This document shows, piece after piece, positions 19,082-28,713 of a DNA stretch of 64,000 bases. The translations under genes and the position numbers were made by a program. Source of the DNA: a virus (lineage: Duplodnaviria; Caudoviricetes); the IMG/VR virus record IMGVR_UViG_3300044719_000048, positions 64,001 to 128,000 of that record; one strand, written 5' to 3'. Each line of letters starts with the position of its first letter. Position 1 is the stretch's first letter. Under the pieces are notes generated by a model that saw only the letters and a list, made by a program, of their open reading frames with translations, did no database searches and had not been told where the DNA came from.

Positions 19082-19333
19082 CTATTTCCCCTTCGCTATG
19101 CCCTTGGCGATCTTCTTTGCCAACGGCAGGTCCAACGTCATGACCCTCGTTGGGTCGCCTTGGAAGATCATGCGGATCTGCTTCCCGTTCGACGACTTGC
19201 GGACACCGAAGCGCTGACCCTTCTCCAGAGTGCGAGTGATGCCCCGGAAAGGAATTTCCAGAGGCGGCCCTCCGTACTTGAAGAAATCATATTCCTCTTC
19301 GCCCTTAACGCGGGCTACCAAGCATGAGTACAT
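19082..19333 (-). CDS. Hypothetical basic protein
   Basis: 83-aa ORF with 1-nt gaps to both neighbours. Confidence 0.6.
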   Translation of the reverse strand: MYSCLVARVKGEEEYDFFKYGGPPLEIPFRGITRTLEKGQRFGVRKSSNGKQIRMIFQGDPTRVMTLDLPLAKKIAKGIAKGK

Positions 19334-19334
19334 A

Positions 19335-21182
19335 TCAGGGCTCCAGTCGTGATTGTCCGAACTTCAGTTGATTGGTCTTGGCGAGTTGCAAGCGGTAGTG
19401 GGCGTCGGTCTGAGCACGCGCGCTGATTTTCGCGATCTGTGCGTTCTGATCACGCGTCTTCAATCGCGAATTGTAGACGTATTGCTTCTTGCCGGTCTTG
19501 CCGATGGTGTAGTCTTGAGGATCGCCCCAGTCGCGTCCCAAGATGGACCGCTTGCCCGTCACGCCCTTGCGCATAGACTGAGCGGTGGGCACACGTTGAA
19601 CGCCCTTGACCTTTGCGTACTCCTCGTTGCCGACCTCTTCCTCACCTTCGTGCGACGTATCCTTGCCGGTGTATTTCGCCAGCAGGCTGCGCAGTTCCTT
19701 GTCTTCTTTGAGGTCTTTCAGCAGCGTGTCCTTGTCGAGACCGGCCGCCGCCATCCACTGCTTCAGCGGAATGGGCACACCCTTCTCGGAGACCTGCTCC
19801 AGCATGTCGAACGTCGACTCCTCGCCCTTGGCTTCTAGCGACTTGTGCCACATCAACTTGGGAATCAGCAGGTTGGCTTTGTTGTTCGAGTGCATCAGGA
19901 ACTTGGAGATCTGGCCGTTCCGCAGCTTGGCTTCGGCAGGGGTACCCGGCTTGTACAGCCCGTTGGCCACTGCGATCAAGGGGAACAGCGTCGAATAGAA
20001 GATCGCGTTCGTCATGTGGTTACGATACACGTTCTGCGATTCGAGGAACAGCGAATACGCCGACTCCATTGCAGCATACGAAGTCTCACCTGACAGAAAG
20101 GACTCGGAGACGCCTAGTGCCCGCAGCTTGTAGGGGATCATCTGATCGCCCATGTCGGTCCACTTCCAGAAGTCACCACCGGGGCGAATGTCGGTCAGTT
20201 GAACAGCGTTGCGTGTCGAGACCCATCCACCGAGAGGATCGAACTCAGCTTGCTGGAACTGCGAGACCAGCGCTTCGAGCTCTTCACCCGTAGGCGTCCA
20301 CACATCGTCGCCTGCCGTGATGTGCGTTGTCGCCCGCTGCCGACGTGAGGCCTCGACCAACGTGCCTCGGAACATCGTCTTCTCGATCAGGTACATCGGA
20401 AGCAAGCGATGCAAATACGACACGTAAGCCCTGTCAGTCAGCGTCTTCCGAGCCACGAACAGCGTAGAGATCGGACTCAGCGTGTACTGGCCTTGGTTCA
20501 TCAGCTGTACGAACTCGGGAGGCAGCGAATGCACGTACTCGCGAGCATACGGCGAATCCGAGCCCAGCAGATTGACTGTCTGGCTCGAAGTCTGCACGTT
20601 GATCTGCGGCATCATGTTGAAGAACGAACCGGGGATGATCGAGCACTGGAGCGCATCGTGCACCAGAGTGTCCACGAACCGCTTGGTTCTCGGATCGAAG
20701 ATCAGCGACCCCGCGAAGAACCCGTCAGCCAGATAGGCCGTCGAGATGTGCGGAAGCATACGCTGGATGTTCAGCTGCTCGATGGCGTCATTGTAGATCT
20801 GAATCGACTTCTCGTCGGCGCCGCGCAGATCGAAGTCTGAGAATGGAAACGTCGACTGCAGGTCAACCACCGTACCGCCAACGTTGTCATTCAGGTAGAT
20901 GTCCCGGTAGAACAGAGCCAGCTGCGCAGATTGGCTGTACATCGGCTCTGCTGGAATCAGGCCGGTGAAGAAGTACTGGTATTGGCTATTCCAGAACGAG
21001 TTCATCGACACGGAGTTGCCTCCGCCAGAAACACCCAGATTGCCACCTAGTGCAGCGGTGACCTTCGTTGAGGCTTCGCTGTAAGAACGCTTTGAAGCGT
21101 ACGCCGAGACGGCAGCAGGTGCCCCCATCTCGGTCTTGATGCGCCCGTTGTTGACGCCCGTAATACGGTTTTTCGGGAACAT
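19335..21182 (-). CDS. Portal protein (putative)
   Basis: 615 aa; FYRDIY..D..GGTVVD N-terminal helix and KLRALGVSESFLSGETSYA stem pattern typical of portals; near terL. Confidence 0.7.
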   Translation of the reverse strand: MFPKNRITGVNNGRIKTEMGAPAAVSAYASKRSYSEASTKVTAALGGNLGVSGGGNSVSMNSFWNSQYQYFFTGLIPAEPMYSQSAQLALFYRDIYLNDNVGGTVVDLQSTFPFSDFDLRGADEKSIQIYNDAIEQLNIQRMLPHISTAYLADGFFAGSLIFDPRTKRFVDTLVHDALQCSIIPGSFFNMMPQINVQTSSQTVNLLGSDSPYAREYVHSLPPEFVQLMNQGQYTLSPISTLFVARKTLTDRAYVSYLHRLLPMYLIEKTMFRGTLVEASRRQRATTHITAGDDVWTPTGEELEALVSQFQQAEFDPLGGWVSTRNAVQLTDIRPGGDFWKWTDMGDQMIPYKLRALGVSESFLSGETSYAAMESAYSLFLESQNVYRNHMTNAIFYSTLFPLIAVANGLYKPGTPAEAKLRNGQISKFLMHSNNKANLLIPKLMWHKSLEAKGEESTFDMLEQVSEKGVPIPLKQWMAAAGLDKDTLLKDLKEDKELRSLLAKYTGKDTSHEGEEEVGNEEYAKVKGVQRVPTAQSMRKGVTGKRSILGRDWGDPQDYTIGKTGKKQYVYNSRLKTRDQNAQIAKISARAQTDAHYRLQLAKTNQLKFGQSRLEP

Positions 21183-21189
21183 TTGATCC

Positions 21190-21528
21190 TCAGTAGTAGA
21201 GATCGACTTCCAGCGTGTCGTGGTTCAGGATCAGGTCGAGGATATACTCACCCGACTGATAGTGGCCGTCCGACTCCACAGCCTTGGTGTCCATCTTGTG
21301 AATGGGCAGCTTCCGGAACTTGAAGCCTATACGCTCGAACTCGCGCTGCACGTCCTCCAGCATAGGAGGCGGAGCCTTCTTGCGGTACTCACGCGGGTTG
21401 GGGCCGTTTGACGACAGCTTCCGCTGGATGTTGAATTTGTTGGTGACGTTCTCGACTTCTTTGACCAGATCGTTCAACGAGGCCCTGAAGGCTTTGAGTC
21501 GAGCTGCTGCGCTAATAGTGATAGTCAT
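21190..21528 (-). CDS. Hypothetical protein
   Basis: Strong AAGGAGG RBS; has its own AATTTCAT motif. Confidence 0.7.
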   Translation of the reverse strand: MTITISAAARLKAFRASLNDLVKEVENVTNKFNIQRKLSSNGPNPREYRKKAPPPMLEDVQREFERIGFKFRKLPIHKMDTKAVESDGHYQSGEYILDLILNHDTLEVDLYY

Positions 21529-21543
21529 TGTGTCCTCCTTGCA

Positions 21544-21551
21544 ATGAAATT
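21544..21551 (-). promoter_or_regulatory. AATTTCAT promoter-like motif (class A)
   Basis: Intergenic, immediately before the RBS; heads the unit containing the portal gene. Confidence 0.5.
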
Positions 21552-21556
21552 TGGAG

Positions 21557-22150
21557 CTACACGTATAGAGCGTAGTTCTCGGCGTCCTCTATCGACCTGC
21601 CGCCGACCACTGGAATGTCGTTTGGTCCCCAGGTGAAGGGTACCGTGCTTCCCGTGTCCACGTCCAGCATCTTGATCTTGTACCCGAACTTCTCCAACGA
21701 CTTGAAGGCTTTCAGTGCACCAACAGCCATCGTAGTGTCGCTCTCAAGATGCTTGAAGACGTGCACGGCCCCCAAGTGAAGAACGGTTGCCAGTTTCTTG
21801 CCTCGATAGCTCTTGTCCACATACAGGTTGTACATGCGCCACCTGGCGGAATACGGCGACTTCTCCAGCTTACCGTAGGCCACGACCTTTGTACCATCAT
21901 CGAGCGTCACCACTCGATCCATCGTGTCGGCTATGAGCTTCATGTTCAAGCCGTCCTTGGAACCCAGCTCTTCCTTTATCAGACCTGGATTGTTGATCGC
22001 GTACTTGAAGATCGTGCGAGTGAATTTCTTGCACTGCTGCCGACCAAAGCTATCAGACAATGGTTGGCCGCCTATCTTGGAAATGACTTCCGAGGAGGCT
22101 TGAACCTGCCGCCTTAGTCTGGAGCGTTTGACGAACGAAAGCAAACTCAT
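21557..22150 (-). CDS. GNAT-fold acetyltransferase-like protein
   Basis: LYVDKSYRGKKLATVL matches GNAT motif A; ESD...GA.K.F..L downstream. Confidence 0.6.
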   Translation of the reverse strand: MSLLSFVKRSRLRRQVQASSEVISKIGGQPLSDSFGRQQCKKFTRTIFKYAINNPGLIKEELGSKDGLNMKLIADTMDRVVTLDDGTKVVAYGKLEKSPYSARWRMYNLYVDKSYRGKKLATVLHLGAVHVFKHLESDTTMAVGALKAFKSLEKFGYKIKMLDVDTGSTVPFTWGPNDIPVVGGRSIEDAENYALYV

Positions 22151-22695
22151 AGCAGTCCTTTCATAGCTGCATCGACGGCAGCGAAAATGGAGTTGCGAGA
22201 CCTCGGCTTGGGCACCGACTGAACGGCATCAAGCATCTTGTTGATCACGTACTGACGACCTGCGGTCTTGGACTTGCGCTGATGCAGCGTCTGATCGGCA
22301 GAGCGGTATCCCATACGTACAGCTATGGATAGCCGGGTCTTGCCGTGCATGGATTCGTACTTGGCACGCTTGGCTACATAGATTGAATCCTGCCCAACTA
22401 CGTAGACACCAATGCCGGGCAGCACCTGATCCTTGATCTTGTCGTAGACCTCTTTGGTGCAAGCCAAGTACATCTTGTCGCAGTACTTGCGGTATTGGCC
22501 CATCTTCTTATCGGATCGAAAATCAGCAACTGAGGATTTGACCTCTACGATGTCGATGCCGCCTCCCATGTTTAGGGCCACTATGTCGGCACGAAGGCGT
22601 CCACCCTTTAATAGGCCGAGTTCAAAGTGCGTGGCCCATCGCTTGTGGTTATACCGCGCGGCCACTACCTGTCTGATGTGATTGGCGTCTATCAT
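22147..22695 (-). CDS. MmcB-family PD-(D/E)XK nuclease
   Basis: RADIVAL...IDIVEVKSSVADFRSDKKM..Y.KYCD.MYLA is the MmcB signature. Confidence 0.85.
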   Translation of the reverse strand: MIDANHIRQVVAARYNHKRWATHFELGLLKGGRLRADIVALNMGGGIDIVEVKSSVADFRSDKKMGQYRKYCDKMYLACTKEVYDKIKDQVLPGIGVYVVGQDSIYVAKRAKYESMHGKTRLSIAVRMGYRSADQTLHQRKSKTAGRQYVINKMLDAVQSVPKPRSRNSIFAAVDAAMKGLL

Positions 22696-23321
22696 TTTTG
22701 TAAGTAGCTGACGATTCCGTCTTGGATTGTGCGGTAGTGCGCGGTCATGCGGTTCGCTAGACGGGCTCGGGACTCGCGCAGAAGAGGAGCGAACTTCTCG
22801 TACTCCTCGGAGGTCATGTTGGCCTTGGCATCAGCTGCAATGTTGGAGAACTCAAGAACAGTGTCTTGAGCAAGGTCGCCGAACGCCGGCTGCACGATAG
22901 AGCGCACTAGCATCTCGCCCATCATGCCACGGTCTTGGGCAGACTGTACGTCAACCATGAGCTCGCGCAGCGAACTGATAAGCATGTTGAAACCGTGGAC
23001 GCCGCGCACCCCCTTGGAGTTGCGAATCCCCATTTCGGCTAATGGAAGCACGTCCACCACCGACTGAAGAAGCCGCTTGTAGATCAATGCGATTGCAGGG
23101 TCCGTGTCGTCCTGCTCCAGCAGTCGCAGAATCTTTTCGGTGCCTTTGCCGAATTGAGTGCGCAAGGCCTTGCCTTTGAGCTTGGAGAGCTTGGGTTCGT
23201 CCTCGTCGTCAGCAGGAACCAATGCGTTCTTTTTCTTCTTTTTCACCGGCTCTGCGGACACGTCGTACTCCGTCTTTTTCTTTTTCTTCTCGGGTGCGGG
23301 AAGGGATTTCATTTTAGCCAT
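22692..23321 (-). CDS. Hypothetical helical protein (terminase small subunit candidate)
   Basis: K-rich N-terminus, helical body, near terL. Function inferred from position only. Confidence 0.5.
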   Translation of the reverse strand: MAKMKSLPAPEKKKKKTEYDVSAEPVKKKKKNALVPADDEDEPKLSKLKGKALRTQFGKGTEKILRLLEQDDTDPAIALIYKRLLQSVVDVLPLAEMGIRNSKGVRGVHGFNMLISSLRELMVDVQSAQDRGMMGEMLVRSIVQPAFGDLAQDTVLEFSNIAADAKANMTSEEYEKFAPLLRESRARLANRMTAHYRTIQDGIVSYLQK

Positions 23322-23355
23322 AGGTGAGGAGAGGGCGCAAAGAGCGCCCTACGAG

Positions 23356-23643
23356 TTATTGGTCGAGGTACGTGTTAGGGCCGACGGTCGCGTGAGACGC
23401 AGCGTCGTCCTGAACCACTGCAGTGGGATCAGCCGTGGGCAAACTGATCCGGCAATCCATGCAGGTTTGGGTTTCGATGTTGGCAGCGACCATAGGCTGC
23501 ATCGGCTGCTTGCAGTCGGGGCACAGACCAGCGCCAGCGACTTCGGTGCTCATATCGATGCGGGCCTCTACCTTCTTCTTTGCGGTGACTGCCGAGGGTG
23601 CGTTATTGGTCTTCGGTGTAGACCACGCTTGCGGTAGCTTCAT
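23356..23643 (-). CDS. Small zinc-ribbon protein
   Basis: CPDC...CMDC; start at MKLPQ (AAGGAG RBS); alternative start at 23751. Confidence 0.6.
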   Translation of the reverse strand: MKLPQAWSTPKTNNAPSAVTAKKKVEARIDMSTEVAGAGLCPDCKQPMQPMVAANIETQTCMDCRISLPTADPTAVVQDDAASHATVGPNTYLDQ

Positions 23644-23757
23644 TTGCTTCTCCTTTGTCATTGGATTGTTTTGGCTCAGGTGTACGCGGACAGTAGCATC
23701 CTCTAGTGCAGCCGCCTTCGCACAGACCTCGGTGTACTTCCAGTGTTTCATGGAACG

Positions 23758-24366
23758 TCATTTGCGAGCCCTCCGTAGCTCAAGGCACGATGTGGTTTCC
23801 ACCATCTCGATGATTTTCTCAGGTGTGTATTTCAGCTCGCGCTGCAAGGCATATTCCAGGCCGTAGATACCAATCAACACTGAATCCAGCTGGTGAGGCG
23901 TGGTCAGGCAGTCGGCGTACATGCCCTTCAGGTAGTCGTCACCCCAGCGGCGATTGAATGCCACTTTCCACTGAGAGGCCGGAATGTACTTGTACGGTAT
24001 GCGGCGCACCGCACCCAGTAGGGCATTCATAGTGGACACCAGTTCGATGGTAGGTCCACCATTGCCGCGTGTCTGGAACCGCTCGGCAATCGTCAGATTC
24101 GGATCGTACAGCTTGAACCACTGACGAACCTCAGCCGAGTACAGATTGCGCTGCGCCATGACCTCTGCCGTCAACGAGGTCATCGGATTGGTAAGCAAAG
24201 AGTTCGCCACCACATCGATCTTGTCACCGATGACCCCAATGCAGGCGATGCCGTAGTTGCGTGTTCCCGGATCAGCAGACAGAATGCGGTAGTCGTGTTT
24301 CCTGCTGCACGGCACCAGTTCGTATTCCTTGTTGGGCTTTCGCTCTTTGGTTTTTCGTTTGGCCAT
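23758..24366 (-). CDS. ruvC: RuvC-like Holliday junction resolvase
   Basis: ILSADPGTRNYG, IAERFQ, ASQWK and HQLDS catalytic segments. Confidence 0.8.
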   Translation of the reverse strand: MAKRKTKERKPNKEYELVPCSRKHDYRILSADPGTRNYGIACIGVIGDKIDVVANSLLTNPMTSLTAEVMAQRNLYSAEVRQWFKLYDPNLTIAERFQTRGNGGPTIELVSTMNALLGAVRRIPYKYIPASQWKVAFNRRWGDDYLKGMYADCLTTPHQLDSVLIGIYGLEYALQRELKYTPEKIIEMVETTSCLELRRARK

Positions 24367-24381
24367 CTTCCACTCCTTTGC

Positions 24382-24389
24382 ATGAAATT
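24382..24389 (-). promoter_or_regulatory. AATTTCAT promoter-like motif (class A)
   Basis: Intergenic between the terL stop and the AAGGAG RBS of ruvC. Confidence 0.5.
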
Positions 24390-24394
24390 TGGTT

Positions 24395-26578
24395 TCAACG
24401 AAGACCAGGCCAACGCTGGGCGTGCCCTCCTGAACGACCTGCGTAGGCGGGCATAGGCATCCTTGCGCGATTGCCAGTGTCGCCGTACGTCCAGTTGCGA
24501 GCCTCTTGGAGGGCCTCCATCACTTTCGGATGATGCATCTTCGCCAGACCCAGTGCAAAAGCCCTGAAGATGTCATCGGTCATGTCGTCACCCTTGGTGG
24601 GGCAGCGCTGCTCTCCGACGTCTTTGACCGTGCTCATTTGGAGCATTAAGTGCTGGACTGGCTTGTTCACCATCTCCTGCTTATACGAAGCCACTCCGCC
24701 CTCGAGGATATGTTTCGCATCGACCTCGTTCACTGTCGGGAGCAAAACGTTACCTGCGGCCAGCATGGCGCGCACTGCCGCGAAGTCCTTGTAGGTGGGG
24801 CTGTGCTTAACGGCCTTGCATCGCGGCTTACCCAGCGGGTTCTTGCCCATGTCGTCCTGCGCACGGTTCAAAATGTCGATGGATTGCCACTGGTCAGCCA
24901 ACAGCGCAACAGCGTTGAGATCCTTCAACAAAGGCAAAATCACATAGAGATACAGCATATTGAAGTTGACCCTGCGGCCTTCTTGCGGCATGCACTCGAG
25001 AATGGTGGACACCACCGACTTATTCAAATCGAAGTCGTAGTGCATACCCGTGATGGTGAACGAGTTGTCGACCTGTCCGGCGTCGATGGACACCACCGAC
25101 GGCCACCTGAAGGTCCTGATCTTCTGGATCTTGCCGTAAATCAGGCCGGGCTGATCAAAGCAGTACTCGAAGTTGTGCGAGTTCTGCCCGTTCATGAAAG
25201 CCTTCACGAATCCAGAGGGTTGCAGATAGCGAGAGTGCACGGCTGGTGGGTTAGCACCATAGTCGCGCTCTGCCTTTTCCGCGTTCGCCGCGTAAGCCGC
25301 AACGATTGCAGGATGGTCCCGGTCGAAGTCCGGGTTGATGTCCCACGTTGCGAAGTTCGTACCCAAAATGGTCTGCGAACCTTCAGGAGTGCGTGAATGC
25401 CTCAACAGGCGCATCACCTTGTCGCGTAAGGAGAACGGCGACGACACCGACATAAGGAACGCTCCGGGCACCGAGGAATAGCCTTGCTTAAGTAGCTTAA
25501 GGCGAATGCCCTGCACCGTCAGCAAGCTGTTCATCAGTGACTTGTGCGCCTCGTCAGCATTAGCGCGCTCCGACTCCGTATCCTCCTCTTGATCGCCTTG
25601 CGGCAAAGGGAAAAGACCCAACTCGTCAAGACCCGCGCCGATTCGCGTGTCACCACGAAGGACCGAGCTACGAGGCCCCGTAGGATAGAAGTGCATGTTC
25701 TTGTGGTGGAACTTCATGTACATGGTACTGTTCCGATAGAGCTCCACCCCGTACTTCTCTTTCGAGTCGTCGAGGATCTTGAAGTACTCTTTCCACCACC
25801 GGGAGGCCTCTATGTGTTTCTTGAACGGAATCCACATGACACCTATGGCCTTACCCGTCGTCAGCGACACGAAGCTCATGGTCAGCTCCGTGGACGCCTG
25901 CATGGACTGAGGTGCTAGGGTCGGCAGGTTCGGGAACTTCATGTATTGGTGCGCGATGTACGGGGAGAAGCCACCGAACGCCGAGCTCGACTTACCCGAA
26001 CGCTGCCCCCACACGTTGACCAGCTCCATGTAGTTGCGCATGCCGTGATTCTTGATCAGGTCCCACTTGTGACGACCGCACTTGGGACACACTCCGTGCT
26101 CCAACAGAGTCACCAGCTTCGGGAACTCCATCGAGTTGAAAGCCTTCGGTATATTGGTGGGGTCCAGATACTTCTGCTTAGTGCACGCAGTGCAGATCTC
26201 GCCGTTCAGCAGCAGACCAACCAGCATCTGCTTGGCCCACGGCATGTTGGCATCTCGGCCAATGATGTTGGCCGAGTAGTCCCAGTAGTTCTTCGCGTGC
26301 GGAAGATCACGGTCGTCGATTCTCAGGTTCCGCATCGTCCCTGTGAGAGGATCTTCGGCCTGCGCCATCAGAGCCTTGATGTCGAAGTCGTCAGGAAGGA
26401 CAATCTCTTTGTCATCGGGAAGGATGATGGTCTCAGAGCGGCCGCGGTCAACGGCCTTCTTGGTCTTCCGCGCTAGGCGGTCAAGTTCCTCAAGCTGCTC
26501 AGGGGTCGTGAAGTCTGGAAACAGCTCATGAAGGGTCTGCAGCTTTTTTAACTTCTTTTGCTCTTTCTTGTCGCTCAT
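24395..26578 (-). CDS. terL: Terminase large subunit
   Basis: Walker A WGQRSGKS, Walker B GLDELG, motif III VSSP, nuclease SIDAG...ADQWQS...DDIFRA; extra CxxC pairs. Confidence 0.88.
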   Translation of the reverse strand: MSDKKEQKKLKKLQTLHELFPDFTTPEQLEELDRLARKTKKAVDRGRSETIILPDDKEIVLPDDFDIKALMAQAEDPLTGTMRNLRIDDRDLPHAKNYWDYSANIIGRDANMPWAKQMLVGLLLNGEICTACTKQKYLDPTNIPKAFNSMEFPKLVTLLEHGVCPKCGRHKWDLIKNHGMRNYMELVNVWGQRSGKSSSAFGGFSPYIAHQYMKFPNLPTLAPQSMQASTELTMSFVSLTTGKAIGVMWIPFKKHIEASRWWKEYFKILDDSKEKYGVELYRNSTMYMKFHHKNMHFYPTGPRSSVLRGDTRIGAGLDELGLFPLPQGDQEEDTESERANADEAHKSLMNSLLTVQGIRLKLLKQGYSSVPGAFLMSVSSPFSLRDKVMRLLRHSRTPEGSQTILGTNFATWDINPDFDRDHPAIVAAYAANAEKAERDYGANPPAVHSRYLQPSGFVKAFMNGQNSHNFEYCFDQPGLIYGKIQKIRTFRWPSVVSIDAGQVDNSFTITGMHYDFDLNKSVVSTILECMPQEGRRVNFNMLYLYVILPLLKDLNAVALLADQWQSIDILNRAQDDMGKNPLGKPRCKAVKHSPTYKDFAAVRAMLAAGNVLLPTVNEVDAKHILEGGVASYKQEMVNKPVQHLMLQMSTVKDVGEQRCPTKGDDMTDDIFRAFALGLAKMHHPKVMEALQEARNWTYGDTGNRARMPMPAYAGRSGGHAQRWPGLR

Positions 26579-27152
26579 GCGGTACTCCTACTGGGATGAT
26601 CTGAGGAGGACGCGGCTTCATCGCCTGTAGTATCTCAGTGGCTTCTACCTTCGTCAGCCCCAAAGCGCGGGCGACAAAGCGGGCCATCTTGATGTCTACT
26701 GCAAGCGCCGTCATCCTCTCGAATTTCTCAAATTGAGTTCCGTCGACGTCTGACTTCACAAGACGTCTCACGACCTCTAAGGCTTGACTGGTGCCGGCAC
26801 CCACTGCCATCGTTATAGGAGCAATCTCCTGAAGAAAGAACTCGCGGACTTGGTCGATGTTGTACGCCAGCTCAGACGGCACCTGCTGCTTGTAGCTCTT
26901 CAGACGACGCTCGACCTCAGCGTCGATGTGCACCATCTGTTTGGGAACGAACACCTTCTTCTTGGCCTCGACCTCGTCCGCGAATGACCGGGACAGCCGG
27001 AAGAAGAACTGTGACTTGCGGACCGTCACCGGCTTAATTGGCTCAGGAACCGCCGTGGAGTACGCGATGTCGGTCAATGAGGCCAACATCGCATCCTCGT
27101 TGGCTAAGTCCTCGTCCGACACTGGTACTAGCGCGTTGGCCTCGTTTTTCAT
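26526..27152 (-). CDS. Hypothetical protein
   Basis: 208-aa ORF coupled between recA and terL. Confidence 0.65.
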   Translation of the reverse strand: MKNEANALVPVSDEDLANEDAMLASLTDIAYSTAVPEPIKPVTVRKSQFFFRLSRSFADEVEAKKKVFVPKQMVHIDAEVERRLKSYKQQVPSELAYNIDQVREFFLQEIAPITMAVGAGTSQALEVVRRLVKSDVDGTQFEKFERMTALAVDIKMARFVARALGLTKVEATEILQAMKPRPPQIIPVGVPHERQERAKEVKKAADPS

Positions 27153-28648
27153 TCGTCGTCGCCCTCGTCGTCTTCTTCGTCCTTGTCCTTCTTGCCTGCG
27201 TCCTTCGCACTCTGGTAGGCGACGTACAGCTCTTCGGCGACCCCCTTCTCCATCTGCTTGAAGCAGAAGGCCTTGAGCGACATCGGCTTGAAGCCCAGCT
27301 CCTTGGAGATCTGAGTCATCGTATCCTTGTCACCCAAAACCCACCGCTTGAGCGTCATCCAATCGACAGGCTTCTTGGCTTTGCCCAGTCCGTGCAGTTC
27401 CAACTTGAAGGCTTTGCGCTTACCACTGAGCTGGCCGGTCTCTTTCAAGAAGCAAATCACGTCGAAGACAGGATCAAGGCCGCGTGCTACGCCTGACGCA
27501 TCTTCGACCCAAATGCGGAAGAAGCACTCGCGGTTCGGTGTCCAGTGCTTGTTCTTGATGGCCTTGACGTGGACATAGCGGTAGGAGTCCTTGCCTTTGT
27601 ACTCGACCGATTTCTCCAGTTCGTTGAACGTGGTCTTGCAGGTCTCTTGGACCTTGAACGGAGCAGCAGACAGAGCACGCGAGGTCTGACGGATACGCAC
27701 GTCCGAGAACTGCTGGAGGGCCTTGCCGCCTTTCTCGGATACTTTGGGTCCGAACATCGCCATCGGATTGTCGCGCAGGTGATTCAGGCCGTAGACCAGA
27801 ATCATCTTCTGGAGCATGCGGCCCTTGATGCGCTCCAACTGCTTCGAGAACGCGGAGGCCTTGACCGACAGCTGATTGCCGATGTCTTCCTCGTCCTTGG
27901 CGGCAGGGTTCATAGCCGTGTAGGAGTCGAGAACGATGATGCCTTGGGGGTTGCCGTCAGGCGCTTCAACCCACAGGCCGCCTCCGTACTTCTTGGTCAT
28001 GGCTGCATCTACTTCATCGCCGACACGCGCCTTGTTCTTCTTGTTGTCCTCGAAGACATACCACCACTTGTTCATGAGGAACCGCTTGTCCGGCAGCTCG
28101 CGCAGAATAGCGGCCAGCCATTCGTAGAAATGCTCCAGGATGGCCATGTTGATGTAGCGGACGCGGGGTTCGATTTCCCAGCCACCTTCCTTCGATTCCT
28201 TGCCGAAGATCTCGTTCATCTTGAGCTTGATGCCTTGCCCCTTGAAGATCTCGTGCACGTAGCGCTTTGCCGCTTTGGTTGAACCCTCATAGTCGACCAT
28301 CGCTAGGAAGGGTACGCCACGTTTGACCGCTGCCGCGAGACCAGTCAGGGCCAGCGTAGTCTTCGCGCACTGTTCCTCCGCCGCCGCCGTCAGCATGCCC
28401 GGACGCATACCGCCACCAAGAATGAGGTCTACCATCAACAGACCCGACGACACAGGTGGCGATACGTCGAGGCCAGATGCCACGATGCCTTGTCGCTTAG
28501 CAACCTCGTTGAGAGTGCCGTGAATCAGGGCATTGACATCGAACCCCATCTTCTTTTTCTTGGGCTCTTCGTCCTTGACCAGCTTGGCTGCCTTCGCATT
28601 CTTCGCCTGCTTGGGAGCCGCCTTTGCTGCCTTCTCTTTCTTTGCCAT
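27149..28648 (-). CDS. recA: RecA/UvsX-like recombinase
   Basis: SSGLLMVDLILGGG, variant Walker A EEQCAKTT, VDYEG, IIVLDS, NHLR, GGKALQQFSDVRIR, KNK. Start at MAKKEK (GAGGA RBS). Confidence 0.85.
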   Translation of the reverse strand: MAKKEKAAKAAPKQAKNAKAAKLVKDEEPKKKKMGFDVNALIHGTLNEVAKRQGIVASGLDVSPPVSSGLLMVDLILGGGMRPGMLTAAAEEQCAKTTLALTGLAAAVKRGVPFLAMVDYEGSTKAAKRYVHEIFKGQGIKLKMNEIFGKESKEGGWEIEPRVRYINMAILEHFYEWLAAILRELPDKRFLMNKWWYVFEDNKKNKARVGDEVDAAMTKKYGGGLWVEAPDGNPQGIIVLDSYTAMNPAAKDEEDIGNQLSVKASAFSKQLERIKGRMLQKMILVYGLNHLRDNPMAMFGPKVSEKGGKALQQFSDVRIRQTSRALSAAPFKVQETCKTTFNELEKSVEYKGKDSYRYVHVKAIKNKHWTPNRECFFRIWVEDASGVARGLDPVFDVICFLKETGQLSGKRKAFKLELHGLGKAKKPVDWMTLKRWVLGDKDTMTQISKELGFKPMSLKAFCFKQMEKGVAEELYVAYQSAKDAGKKDKDEEDDEGDDE

Positions 28649-28663
28649 ATGATCCTCATGTGG

Positions 28664-28704
28664 AAAACGAAAACCCGACCGAGCTCTCACAGCCGGGCCG
28701 GGTT
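28664..28704 (-). terminator. Intrinsic terminator after the SSB gene
   Basis: AACCCGGCCCGGCT-GTGAG-AGCTCGGTCGGGTT then TTCGTTTT on the - strand. Confidence 0.75.
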
Positions 28705-28713
28705 GAGTACTAA

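Noticed and set aside
24395-26578. Intein in the long terminase (also checked polA, recA, primase)
   Set aside because: No C/S...HN-C/S/T splice junctions or LAGLIDADG motifs; the extra length is N-terminal and zinc-finger sequence.
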